A stretch of 64,000 nt of DNA. Source: Nageia nagi. Its lineage: Eukaryota; Plantae; Pinophyta. The stretch spans positions 3,534,001-3,598,000 of the forward strand of contig JBITNC010000001.1 in NCBI GenBank assembly GCA_050084985.1. Direction: 5' to 3'. The notes below the pieces were generated by a model. The model was given only the letters and a program-made list of their open reading frames with translations. It was not told where the DNA came from and did no database searches. Positions 47,671-61,500 of this stretch are shown in pieces (position 1 is the first letter of the stretch; every line of letters begins with the position of its first letter). Both the position numbers and the translations under genes were made by a program.

Positions 47671-50600
47671 TCTAGATGAAACAAATAACAAAATTTATTA
47701 TGTGGAGTGGTTTGTTGAGTTTATTTACAAGTTTGCAGGCAATGGTGATGGAGTCATTCTAGATGAAACCCTAACCTCTCTTTCTTACTTCTCGCCTCTC
47801 TTTCCAAAGAAAAAATAAATTGGAGTGGAATTCCTAATCTCTCTTTGAATGCCTTCATATTCTTCCAAGAAGAACTTTCTAGCTACAAAATCCATACATT
47901 CATTCATCTCTTAAGGAAAATGAGTCATTATGTCTTTTATTCTCTCTAATTCATCCAAATCTCCAACAAATTCCATATGATCTCCATTGACTGAATCGAT
48001 TGAAAAGCTAAATGGTATGCCATACTTTTGATAGTAATTAATATTACCTCTACTAATCTTCAACACAAATGATACCCTATATCGTGTATTACGATATAAG
48101 TGTGTGCATTCAAATCAACCCTTTGCTTCAAATCAATAACCCGTACTTAATTTTTCAACTTCCTTAAACCTAAATTAAATAAAGATATCTAGTTTGGGCA
48201 ATAAACATTAGCATGCATGCAAATATTTAATGATGCATTCTATGTAAGCCTTTACTTTTATTTTTTAATTTAAGGAATACAACAATTATAAACCTCTGTA
48301 GTAGTATATATTAGGATGTTTTATAGTTATCATTAAAAATTATTGCATATGAAAATATGCAAAGGTGGTTCAATGTCATTATTAAAAATCATCATCTATT
48401 TTTTATAACATGATGGTTATCATGCATTGTAAAAAAGTCATCATAAATTAGCCACCTTAGAAGCCCAATTTTTGTGTAATGGTTTCTCTCCATCAACAAG
48501 ACAAATGACTCTCACCAAAGGCTCTACCACTTGGAAAAATATTTAAATTCAATATAAATTTTGAATAAAAAAAAATTAAAGTTTTAATCTTACAAGTTAT
48601 AGTTTGTAGTTGTATCTTAGTGGGATCCTTCATGACCATCCAAAAGGGATCCTTATTTAATATATAATAGATTTTATTCTATTGGGTGGTGCCTTTGAAC
48701 TTGGATCTAGCCTTTGTGAGACACTCATCATTAACAAATATCTTCTTCAATGCCCCCATATATATCAAATTGGGATTCATTTATGTTTATAAAATTTATT
48801 ATTAAAGTTAGTTAATAAAAAATAATAATTGAAAATAAATAAGAATTATCATGTGTATGGTACTATGAGTATGAAGTTATAATTTATCAACATGTGATTG
48901 GAAGAGACTGTATTTTAATTAAAAGTTATGATAAATCATGTAATTCCATGTCATGTTATCTCCTTGCCACTAGTCTATTACCGCATAAATGTATTTAATC
49001 ACAGTATTTGCCTTCTCAAGAATCAACATCACCCAAGACAATTTGCCAATCCTAAAATCAAAAATCAATGCAATAGGTTGCAAATGGGATCCATAGAAGT
49101 GTATGGTATTTATTATCCAATAACTTTCTTGGTGACTTATAAGTTGAATCATTATTCATGATGATTTGGATAACAATTTTAGCTCACACATCATCTATTA
49201 TATCACCCAACAAGGTTGTAAGATGTCCCCTCTTCACCCTCGAATATGCATTTATGTATCTCAAAAATACAATGCCATCATATGAGGTAACCAAGAAATT
49301 TGAGAAGTATATATGCCTTCCCATCTTCCCAACCATGTAACATAGTCTTGTAGCCCAATGTCTACCAAACCTCATGTTGCTTATCAAGAAAAATTTGAAT
49401 GTCTTGTATAGAGTATTCAAGGAAATGAACCCTCAAATCATGATATGTGTATAACTTAAATCTTGTATTGCATGTTGTAATAGAATCTATTATGCCCCAT
49501 TAGTATAGATACCTTGCCACATTGAATGAGAAGCTTAAAAAAAACTAGAATGTGATTATCACCTTCCTGGTTGCCTTAAGTTTTTCCCCATTCCTTACAG
49601 TCATAACATGCAATGTGGGTTATGACCTTAGAGTGGAACATGCAATAAAAAAGGATTTATGAGTACCACACTCAAGGTTTGCAACTAAGATAGTATTAGA
49701 GCTAGTGCAACCACTACCAACTCCAAACCCAATAAATGGTGGTGGCGTATATGTGGTATTGATACCTATCACTTCAGAGGGCTTGCTATGGCCTCACTAT
49801 ATTTCCTTTTTAGTTCCTTCTTCTCATTAAAATAAATAATAATTACATTTCACACTTGATCAACATCAATGGGAACATTAGGGTATGGTCTAAATTCTTT
49901 CCTCAATATCCTGGTTAAGTAATGCTTGAGGTACTTTATGCCTCCTATCATCTTCATGTCATGGAAGCTACATATTAGGTCCCCTTTTGATGGTCCCATA
50001 TTTACTATATTTCCATGATGTATTTTTCTTCCCTGAGGATAGACTAGTCATTATCATGGATTCAAGTAGCTAAACAAGGAAAAATAAAAAATAATCACAT
50101 ACAAAAATTAGATGTAAATTTTAAATACAAGAAAAAACTTAAAAAAAATTTAGTAAACCATATTTATTATTTTTTAATTTTGTGATTTTAAAAAATAATC
50201 ACAAACTAAAAAAAAAGTAAACCCTAATTTTTTTCCTTAAGTTTATGATTGTAATTTGCAATGACAAACTAAAAATAAAATATAGTAAACCCTAGTTTTT
50301 TTTCTTAAGTTTATGATTGTAATTTGCAATCACAAACTTAAAAAATAGAAACACTAGTTATCCTACTGCCAATTTTAAATTTTTATCAAATAATAACAAA
50401 TCTACAAAATCTTATTGCTTATTTTTATAAAACTAAAAGAAAAAATAAAAACCCCAAAATAATGTTTAAAATAAGCAAAATGGAAAATAAATGATAAAAA
50501 ATAATATAAAATATAGAGAAATAATTTTATTTACCTCAATTCTTTAGGTTGTGGGTGTGTTGGTGTCACTTAATGGGTGTTATATTCTTTACAACTCAAA

Positions 50601-52764
50601 GAAAGTTTATTATAATGGAGAGAAATCATGTTAAGTTGTAAAATATCTCTTACCCTCTCTTTCACCTTTCACCTAGTAGCTATAAATTGCAAAATGATAA
50701 ATGGGAGGGGTGGGAAGGAGGGGGCCTTACTTAGTTTTTAAGTCACTTTTTCATGTATTTTGTTCTCTAGAATTTGGTGAATCCGAGCATTAGGATTTTT
50801 TGAACTTATCGAGAGTCACCAAATTTGGTGATTATGAGTTGTCTAAACTTGCTAGAGCCCACTCGAGACTCAAACTCTCAATTTCTAATGAGTTTCGATA
50901 AGTTTTAACTCATTGCTTATAATTTTTATGCTCCACTCATGAACATATGATAAAAAAGAAATCAGTAGTTTGGACTACTAATTAACATGAAGGAAATTAA
51001 GTAAAATAATTCATACATATTTAAATTAAATTTTACTGATAAAATGCTTCCAAAAGCTAGAATGCATAAATGATATTACCATACCTAAATGGCAACTATA
51101 TACCCCAAACATTATAATATATGTGTTAACATCTAAAATAGAATTTTAATTTAATTAACATACACCTTTTAGGTATCTAGAATGAATTGTTTATTTGAGT
51201 GATTTATTCTTATTTGGAGTATTGTGTCATAGAAAATTTTAGCAGATAATAGCCTTAATTTTAGGAAATCAAATAGAAAATATTGGTATCTTTGCCTTAA
51301 AACTATCTTTTATTTTTATATTTTTAAGAATATAGTCAACATTACTAAATGGGTTTTGATAAATATTGCCTTAAATTTATAAACGAAGTCATTTATTTCA
51401 AGAAATTAGCATTGTATATAAATAATAAGCAATTATTTGTGCATATCATATTCTAGTAATTTGTATCAATGGATAACAACATTATTTGCAATACAAATTG
51501 CATGAATTAAGTTATAGTTTATAGCCAAGGAAACTAAGACATTTTTTTGAATTTATCCATAGTACTAAATTGTCATAATGATAAATAGATACGAGTTTAT
51601 AAAATAATTTTTGGGGGTCACCCTTAAAAGTTACTTTGTTGTGCACTCTCACTACCTTTATGTTTTATGGAAATAGGTCGATCTAGAGATAATCCCAAGA
51701 AGGTGTCTTGGCATTAAAACTTGATAAGCCCAAGGAGGATCCTTGGCACTAGACCTATTGCCTATAAAGGAAGTGAAGGGTTATGCATCATTTATCATGA
51801 CATAATTTGGATCCTTGATACATGGTAAGAGAAATACTCTTAACCAATGTTCTTCAATGATACCTATCATATTTGGATTTTGTTATACTCAAGCATACTT
51901 CATTCCTATGATCACTTGATCCATCACATGGAAAAAACTTAGCTTCAAAGTAGATCTCACAATGATGATTAAAGGTTTCTCTGTGGGTCACCAAGTGATG
52001 GTTCTCCAAGGAGGTTTGGTCTGGTGGTCTCCTTCACAAGAATAGTTCATCGATGACTTATTTGAGTTAGGTGTAACCTACAATCTCTACAATAGGTAAA
52101 GTAATAGGTTGATAAGTTCATTTGAATTCAACTTTGATAGGTTAAGGTTAATTGAGCATTCTATGTTGTTATCATCATATTGGTTTGCTTAAGTTAATAA
52201 TAGGATTATGATATCTATTAATTCCTCTATGATTGGTTGTAACTTAATATTATAATTAACCCTAATATCTAACCATAAATTAATTATTTTGGTTATAATA
52301 ATTGGTGAACTCAACTTTATTTTGAAACATCACTTTTTCTTTTGATCCACTAGTTGCACCAAAAGCCCTAGGATTTTTAGATAGAGCTAATACTTTGTTT
52401 CAAGTATTTTATAATGGAGGATGTAAATATATATTATGTTCAAGATAACCTTGAATGCAATATTCCAAATCTTAATTAGAATAAATAAAAAAAGAATCAA
52501 CATAAGGATGAACCTAGAAGACAAAGTGAAAGATTGCAATTATTGTGTCAACAAAAGCAATATAATAAGGTGGTAGAAGAAAAAGCACATTCTAATTTTG
52601 AAGAGAAATCATATGAAAGTTATATCAAGGAAGAAGTTGATCATTCTCAAGATCTGATAAATTTAAGAGTTAAGGTGGTAGATGCTAGATCTGAAACAAT
52701 TAAAGACTTAGATAAAGAAAATCAACAAGTTGTCTATCTTATTTTAACCAGATCTCTATCACTG

Positions 52765-52792
52765 TATATATATGTGTGTGTGTGTGTGTGTG
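52765..52792. repeat. (TA)n(TG)n microsatellite
   Basis: TATATATA followed by about 10 TG units. Confidence 0.85.
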
Positions 52793-53694
52793 TTGTGCAT
52801 GTTGGAAACATGTGAGAGTGATCCTAAAGTAAAAAATCAAAGAGGAATAACCCATAAAAGTAGAAAAGATATTACCATGATGCCTTGAACCCAAAGTATA
52901 AGTACTTTGACTCACCTAAGGAAATTATACCCTTGGATTTTTAGCTACTCATGGCAAATGTAAAGCCAAAAATAATGACTCTTATGATTCCTAAGTAAGA
53001 TAAAAAAGATGTACTTAATATTTCATTCCCTAATGGTGATGATACATAGGATGATAATGTTCTAATTATACAGGTAGTTTTTCCTCAGGAAATGAATTTA
53101 GGTCCTACCCTTTAGATTGAGTATTTTGTGGAAGTTGCACAAGAATATACTTCTTCAAAATAGATTATTAAGAATAACGATCCTCAAACATCAAAGGTTA
53201 ATGAGCAAAGGGAGCAATTAGTATTGTGAGAGGTATTTTTAGATCATGATGATCGATCGTAGTATCATGAAGACCTTATCATAAATGATGGCCTTATTCA
53301 TGAAGATTTAGTTGACATCACAAATACTAGATCAATTAAAGCAATAAGTATGCAAGATAAATGTCATGCAAAGTTAGATAAAGTAGTTGAGTATGGTTTA
53401 AAATTAAGACTTGGTTGGACTGATGAGGAATAAAAAATTTTAAGGAAAGAATTAACTCAACTTCAATTTTATATTAATTTTAAAATTAATTTATTTGTTG
53501 ATAAAGTAGAAATGATGGATCATTTGATTAATACTTTAGAGCAAGAAAAATATCATCGATTTTGTCTATTTCAAGTAATGCCTAAAGATAAAAGGAGTTA
53601 CTAGAATAATATCTAAATGTAAAAAAGCTCAACCAAGTGATGTATGAGAAACATTTTCTCAATTAAAGAATCAAGAGGATTTCTTGATGGTACT

Positions 53695-55290
53695 TGTTGG
53701 GATGTTTTTCTTTGCACTTACAAATACCACCTAGGTGATAACTGGGAAAGGGCATTGTATATGCATACATAGCCTAACACCCTAGTGGTTTCCTAGTGTG
53801 TATTGTTCTTATTTGTCTAAAAGAAGAGTATTTTAGCAAGCTTATGAACAATTTTGATGAGAATACGCACTAATTATAACAATCTCCAAACATGATGTTA
53901 GCAAAGTATAAGCGAGTATTAGTTTCATCTAAAGCCAAACTCCAGGAGTAGTGATGTTAGTAGGTAATACTAAAAGTTTTATGGTAGCTAAGTTAGGTGT
54001 TCTAGGACATAAAAGGAGGTGATGTTAGCAGATAATGCTAAAAGTTCCATGATAGCTAACTTAGCTGTTCTAGGACATAAAAGGAGGTGATGTCAGCAGA
54101 GTAGAGGTGAGTATTATTTTTGTCTAAAATCAAACTCTAGGAGTAGTGATGTTAAGAAGCAATGCTAAAAGTTTTACAATAGCTGAGTCATGTGTTATAG
54201 AGCATGAAAGGATGTAACATTAGCAAAGTAAATTGAAACCCAATTTGGCCAAAAGAACAGATCCGAAGAAGGATGACATCATGAGAAAAACTAAGATCTC
54301 CCGAAGTAACTTGCTTCACCTTACAAAGGCATAAAAAGGAAGTGATGTCAACAAAAGTAAAAAACCTCCAAAATCAAAGTTTAAAGATTGATGATGTTCG
54401 ATGTAACAAAAGGAATCTTTGTCTAAACAAAACTTCACCAAAGGACTTTGAAATGTGTGCTAAAGATCGAGAAGGCTTCAAAATAACCACTAGAAGATGA
54501 AGAAACTTCAAAATCATCATAATAAGTCAGAAAATATTTTGTAATTGTAATACAGGTTCAAATAGCACTCAAGAAACATGGTCATCATAATTTAGAGGTA
54601 GCTACAGTGTTAGATCTTTCAATTTTTAGGAATAAAATGCCATGTGGTAGAGATAGTTAAACTATTTATTAAAACAAGACTAGAATCTTTGGGCCATTTT
54701 GTAACTATTTTATTTCAATCATTCTATAACTGCTCTAGTTTAGTATAAATTTAGTTGAAGATAGAGAAAAAGGGTTAGAATCCCTAATATTGCCCCTTGT
54801 ATTTATTTCTAAAGACCTTTTGTTATATTAACTATACAATGCCATCTTGACCTTTCTTGTCCAACACTTGGTGTTATTATTCTTAATCTAGTTATATTGT
54901 GGCAAGTAATAGATATTTTCTGAATGATAACAATGAGTTGTTGGTATAACTATGTCTGCTTATATGGAAGAGTTAAGTTGAAGAATAATTTAGAGAATGA
55001 AAGCTTACACCATGGATTTTACACTAGATTCTTGCCAAGGTTTCATGCTATGTGAAAGCTTGCATTGAACTAGTGATTTGCCCCTTTGCTTTACTCTTGC
55101 TCCTTATCCCTTTTGTATCATTTCTCACACTACCCTCTTTTGTTTCTTTCTTGTTATTTGCTCTTTTCACCTGTACCTAATAGATAAGGAACTGACCTAC
55201 TCCAAAGATCAGGTTACTATGTTAGCCTGTTCATGATATACTTTGGTTGAATTATCCAAAAGCATATATATTATGCAATTTCCATCAATA
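53695..55290 (+). mobile_element. Probable 5' LTR (~1.6 kb) of a Tat-type Ty3/gypsy element
   Basis: TGTTGG at 53695 ... CCATCAATA (degenerate CAACA) at 55290, followed by a PBS. Internal GTGATGTTAGCA tandem repeats at 53890-54230. The left boundary is not confirmed because no second LTR is in the window. Confidence 0.55.
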
Positions 55291-55301
55291 ATATATCTTT
55301 T

Positions 55302-55320
55302 TGGCATGCCCAATGGGACC
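55302..55320 (+). promoter_or_regulatory. Primer-binding site, tRNA-Arg type
   Basis: TGGCATGCCCAATGGGACC resembles the TGGCACGCCCAGTGGGAC PBS of Tat/Retand/Ogre elements and lies ~120 bp upstream of gag. Confidence 0.7.
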
Positions 55321-56937
55321 CAAAAAATTTCATTAACAACTCTACTAGAAGCATTATTAATGGTATGTATCAAAGTAAATTTTATAGTTATTATTGCTAC
55401 TTCCTGAACCTAAATTCTTTAGTTACTACAAGAGTTTATGTGGACAAGATCAAAATCCAAAGAAACTAAAGAGGTCCCAAATTTTAAAGAACTTGGTACT
55501 CCCAAAAGAAAGACCCTGATCAAGTCTAGATCTTTGGGTAGTATCAACACTTTAGAATCTCCATTCAAACTAGTACCATTCAACCTTCATACTAGAACTA
55601 TTCCTCCTAAAATGGCTAATCTTGCTCCAAATATCTATCTTGCATGGGATTATGGGGTACCTTTGGCTCTAGCTACATTGCATGATATCCTAGGAAACAT
55701 CTTTAAAACTCTACCTAAGTTTTATGCCACCATGGAGAAGATAGCCTATGAACATTGTGTGGATGTAACCAGTTTGGATAAGCTCCATAATATTCATCAT
55801 GAAGATGTCATGGTAAGACTGCTAGCATAATCTTTCAAGGGCAAGGTCCTTGATTGGTATAGAAGCCTTGCTAGTGGATCTATAACTTCCTAGGCTTAGT
55901 TGGCAAAGCCTTTCATCCTAGAATTTAATGAAGTAGGAGATCCCTTCTCCTTTCTAACTCAGCTCACCTCTATCAAAAGATATGAACATGAGAATATTCC
56001 AAATTTTAATATTAGGTTCCAAAAATCTTGGAAAAGAGTTTTGATATCGGTTAGGACCCAACAATCTCAAGCTTTGATGTATTATTTGAGAGCCTTTCCC
56101 CTAGATATCTTTTTGTAAATTCAAAATTCTGGAGTGATCACTTTTTTGGAAGTCTATAGAGAAGCAGTGTTTGTTGAAGCTTACCTCATTTCAATAGGTA
56201 AACTACCCAGTCGCATGCCAATGCCATACTTTCTAATGTTACCACAAACCAAGTAATAAGACCCTCAATAATTTGTATAGCCTCACCTCTGGCTAATTCC
56301 TACACCAGTTCAATAGTTTCCATTAGCCTTGCCTACCCTAAGAGCTCCTCTGGCTTTACTAGCCCCACATCAGTTAGGAATAAATCAAGTAGCTTCCTCT
56401 CAAAGCAAGATATAAGAATTGAAAGCTTTATGTAGGAACATGGAAAACTAGATCACCCTTTTGATTAGATAAAATAATGCCAGGAGATTCCCATATCCAA
56501 TTGTAGAAAAAGTTCAAAATTAGCATGTGTTAGTAGAGGATACAGATCAAGCTTCTTCTTTCAGATAGATAGTAGACTTATGTTTAGCTTGAAATGATGC
56601 TCATAAATAAACTTCTTACCCTATATATCAATATAAAGAGTACTTATCTAAAATCGAAGGAATTCCTTCACCTACCATAGCTGATGATATGAGTCAAAAT
56701 GTAAATTTGATGAATTTTGCCCCAACCGATGTAGGTGTTTTTACTATAGAAACAAGGTCTACAAAAAGGCCTCATGTATCAAATCTACCAGATAAAAGAG
56801 TTGAATTTCTAAAAGGTCATGATTTAGTAACCTCCAAGAAGCTTGGTATATCTCCTAATTCTACGAATATGATAATCCAAAAAGAAGTTGCATCTCATAA
56901 ATTTCTAGTTTTGGAAGTTAGACAAATGCCTAAAGTT

Positions 56938-57537
56938 GATGAAGTTGGTGACCATATGATCTAGAAGTTAAGGTTTCCCTCACTCACCAAGAATTAAAGG
57001 AGAAATGATACTCAAAAAGTTCAGTAAAGATTTGCTAAGAAAGATGGTAAGCCTCTATTCATTCATGATTTCAATATTATGGAAGAATTAAAGAGAACCC
57101 CATCAAAGATATCTTTATTTGATGCCTTAAAAATCCCTAGGCAAATTGATTTACTAAGGGCATCCATTATAGCATTAATTGAAGGAATGGATAGGGTGTT
57201 AAATTTGTTTGAGACATCCAAATATGTAATGATACTAAAAAATTTGATGAAGTTGGTGACCAGATGATCTAGAAGTTAAGGTTTCCCTCACTCACCAAGA
57301 ATTAAAGGAGGAATGATACTCAAAAATTTAACCAAAGATTTGCTAAGAAAGATGGTAACCCTCTATTCATTCATGATTTCAATATTATGGAAGAAATAAA
57401 GAGAACCCCATCAAAGATATCTTTATTTGATGCCTTAAAAATCCCTAGGCAAATTGATTTACTAAGGGCATCCAGTATAGCATTAAATGAAGGAATGGAT
57501 AGGGTGTTAAATTTGTTTGAGACATCCAAATATGTAA
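56938..57537 (+). repeat. 308-bp tandem duplication inside gag-pol
   Basis: ORFs 57079-57267 and 57387-57572 are near-identical (MEE.KRTPSKISLFDALKIPRQIDLLRAS...), offset by 308 bp. Confidence 0.92.
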
Positions 57538-58161
57538 GAATGGAAAAAAATAACCACCAGCTTTGTATATGACTTTAGAGGTTGATGGGTATGTGCTACA
57601 TAACTATCTAGTCGATTCTGGAGTAGCCACTACCATCATGCCTAAAGTAGTATGTGATGTAATGGGGCGACCTCTTACAAAAACATCCATAAGACTATTG
57701 CAGTTAGACTCAACCCTAGTTAAAATTGTTAGGGTTATCAAAGATATAGTTCTAAAGATACATAAGTGTCCTTCTATGGTCATCACTCAAGAAATTGTAT
57801 TAGTTGAACTTCCTCCTCTTTTCAGGTTATGTCTATCTAAGGAGTTCATAGCAAAAATAGGGGGTTATTTAGTAATGGATTACACTCATTATTTAATTAC
57901 TTATGGATACAAGAGAGTAAGGTTGGATAATGAAAAAATTTCTAATGTTCATGTAGAAAAGAAGGAGGAGATCAATGCAATCCTGAGTGAGTTGGAAGAG
58001 AGTGAGTAGTTGTTGGAATAATTATGAATTGAAGATCCCATGTTTATGAATATGCTTAGAACCATTTATGACATGGAGTTTGGAAATTATTATTTGATGG
58101 AATCAGAGCCTTTCATCCCAAAGCTCACCAGTGAAGAGTCAAAAAAGGTGAAGTCTGGGAA

Positions 58162-58530
58162 ATGTTCTTTGATGGAGCTAGATCTAAAAATGGGTTAGGT
58201 ACTAGGATTGTCCTAATTGATCCAATGGGAAAAATTTATAAATTCTCATACAGGATCATATGGATGTGCACCAATAATGTGGCTGAGTATGAAGCCCTTT
58301 TCCTTGCTCTGGATCAAGTAATTAAAATGCAAATCTACTATGTGAAAATTAAAGGAGACTCAAAGTTAATTGTAAACCAAGTCATAGACAAGTGCTCTAT
58401 TAAACACCATTATTTAAAGTCTTATAGGAATAGAGTGTGGGATCTCTTTAAAAGTTTTGAAGCTTAGCACATACAATCCATTCCAAGGAGGTTGAACCAA
58501 GAATTTGATGCACTAGCTCAAATGGGAGCC
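58162..58530 (+). pseudogene. Additional (archaeal-type RNase HI-like) RNase H domain located between protease and RT
   Basis: MFFDGARSKNG.G...TNNVAEYEAL...IKGDSKLIVNQV...IPRRLNQ..DALA shows the RNase HI D-E-D-D pattern, upstream of RT. Confidence 0.88.
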
Positions 58531-61500
58531 AGTTTTGATCCCACCAACGACTAATTTTGGGAAAAGGGGGTTCAACTTATCTTTAGACCTTGTGTTCTAG
58601 ATAATGATTCCTTTTGGCAAGTCTTTAGAGATGAGGCCCAAATCAATAATTTTTTTCTATAGCATTCTATGTGTCATGAGGTAGGAGAAGAAGATGCTAA
58701 CATCTTTTGAAGAACAAGATACAATCCAATTGAACAACAATATAATTCCTAGAGATCTGATTCCATTCAAAGGGTTGTTCAATAGAAATGATCAAGTAAG
58801 AAGAAAGAGTATAATTATACACCATGATAATCGTAAGAAGTATGAAATTCTTCTCGAAATTTTTTTAAAAATTGGCATATGTAACAACCCCAATCAAATC
58901 AAAGAGATTATTTAGTTGTGCAGAGTTTTTGCTAATATAATTGCATGGTCGTATGATGATCTAAATGTTTTTGATAAATTTGTAATTCAACATATGATAG
59001 AATTGATTAAATATGCCAAGCCTATTAGAAAAAAGCAAAGGTTAGTAAACCCCAAGATTGAAGTGGCAATATGAAATAAGAAGTTCTAAAACTATATAAA
59101 GCTAGTATCATATATCCTATTAAACATTCTACATGGGTGGCAAACTTAGTCCCAGTTAGAAAGAAAAATGGAGAGATTCAACTGTGTGTGGATTTTAGAG
59201 GTTTAAATAGAGTCTCATTAAAATATCATTATCCTCTACCACCTATGAAACAAATATTAAATATTGTGGTTGGAGCAGAAAGATTCTCGCTACAAGATGG
59301 TTTTTTCGGGGTATAACCAACTTTGGGTAAAAAATGAAGATCAATTCAAAATGACTTTTACAACCAAATGGGGAACATTTTCTTTCCAAAGAATGCCTTT
59401 TGGATTATCAAATGTAGGAGCAATCTTCCAAAGAGATATGGACTATACTTTTGAAGGAATGGTAAATAAAAGTATGCTAGTATACTTGGATGATATCACT
59501 ATTTTCTCTCATGCTAGGAGTTCCCATGTATAGCATCTAGAGCAGGCTTTTATCAAATGCAGAAGGTATGAAATTTCCTTAAATTCAAAAAGTCTATTTT
59601 TGTAGTAGATGAGGGAAAGCTTCTTGGACATGTCATTTCAAAAGAAGGTTGGGCTATTGATTTGGATAGGGTAAAAGTAATAAACAAATTATGTTTTCCT
59701 TCGAACAAAAAGGCTTTACAATCTTTTCTAGGATAGATTAACTTTGTAAGAAGATTCATTCAATATTTTTCAAGCATTGGTAAGCCTATTACTCTCATGT
59801 TAAAGAAAAATGCAATGTTCAAATGGACTAAAGAAGGAAAATAAGCATTTCAAGGAGTCAAGTTTGCAATAACTAGGGCACCTATCTTAAGGAACCTAGA
59901 TTTTAGCAAAGAATTCATTTTGTATGCGTATGGCTCTAATTCGAGCATTGTAGCTATCCTAACATAGAAATTTGAAAAGAATGAGGAATTTCCTATTGCA
60001 TTTTTCAATCAAACTATGAATAAATGTGAGGAGAAGTATAGTTTTTTGGAAAAATAGGTCCTAGCAATACTAAAGTATTTAGGAAAGTTGAAACATTATA
60101 TAGATTAGAGTAGAGTCTTGGTCTTAACTATACATCTTGATGTTAGATCTTATATAATGCAAAGAGAAATTGGGGAAGGGAGACCTAGATGGATTTATAA
60201 AATTTTAAGATATGATATGAAAATCAGACCTACTAAACTCATAAGGGGAAAGGTCCTTTATAAGCAATTAGCCAAAGACGTTGTAGAAGGAAAAGATAGT
60301 GTGTATTTCATCAAATAAGTAATTCTAGATGAGGAACTAGGTATGGAGGAAAATGATTGGATGTGCCAATTAAATAGGTATTTCAAATTTGGTAAACTCC
60401 CCATGCATTTGAACATATCACAAAAGAGAAGATTTAAAATCCATGCCCAAAATTATACAAAAATTGACCAAATGCTTTATAGAAGAAATCATGATGGAGT
60501 ATTGTTGAGGTGTATACCTTCATATAATATAGCAAAAGTGATCGAAGAATTTTATTTTGAGGTATCCAAAGGTCATTATTCTGGTTATACAATGATGGGT
60601 ATAATAATTCAAGTAGGTTATTACTGGTCCACTATGTTCAGAGATGCTTTTATGAAGGTTCAAAGTTGTGAGAAACATTAAAGGTTTATAGGTTGGAAGA
60701 GAAAGGTGGCTTAATCATTATAACAAATTTAGGTGGAAGAACCTTTCTAATAGTGAGGATTAGAATTTATTGGAATTATTAATTCAAATTCCTTAATCAA
60801 GCATAAATTCATTATCACCACCATCGATTATTTCACCAGATGAGCCAAAGCAGAAGTCGTGAAAGAAGAAAATAAGAAAATTATTCTAAAATTCATTGAA
60901 AAGCTGACTACTAGTATGGAATTATTCAAACAATCATTTTTGATAATAGATTGGCATTTGTAGGGATAGATATGACCAATTTTGCTATGAGATACAAGAT
61001 CTACTGGAATACTTCCTCAAATTACTATCCATAGGGTAATGGGCTGGTTGAATCGACAAATAAGAATTTGTTAAGGATCCTTAAGAGAAGCATAGAGGAT
61101 AATCCTTGAACCTAGCATGAGAAGCTGAATTGGGCATTATGGGTAGATAGAATCACTATAAAGTTGGCTATCAAAACTAGTCCATATGCATTAGTATACA
61201 AGAAAAGGGATTTATTGCCAAGTCATATAGAGCTTCCTGCTTTGATAATACTTCAAAAATATTATAAAAGATTTGAACCACTTCAAGTATAGATGAATGA
61301 ACTATTACATTTGGAAGAATCCTAGAATAAGGCTTATCTAGATTTATAAAAGAGAAATGAAGTTGTAAAGAAGTGGTTTGATACCCAAAAAGCTTCTGCA
61401 GACACCTTTAAAGAAAGAGATCATATTTTAAAATGGGATGAAGATAGAGCCAAACCTAGAAAGCATAAGAAGTTCGAGTCTTTGTTGTTAGGACCATACA

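Larger units (their letters stand above)
43723..48481. mobile_element. Non-autonomous CACTA element carrying gene fragments (Pack-CACTA, 4,759 bp)
   Basis: TIRs CACTACACCAAAATTGTGCTTC / GAAGCCCAATTTTTGTGTAATG, perfect 3-bp TSD GTT, subterminal ATGGT..ACCAT/CCACC repeats, and no transposase. The hAT frame joins across it. Confidence 0.92.
42257..50915 (-). mobile_element. hAT DNA transposon, decayed
   Basis: 8-bp TSD CTTACAAC (42249-42256) / CTTATAAT (50916-50923) and ACTCG/CGAGT subterminal motifs. Transposase remnants: NFLVTSYDGIVFL (DUF659-like, 49184-49420), EPLVRVICLVDGEKPPMDYVYESM (spanning the CACTA insertion) and FEHVHYKKINKL..KLNDLMFVHYNL (C-terminal dimerisation, ~43060-43150). Confidence 0.85.
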
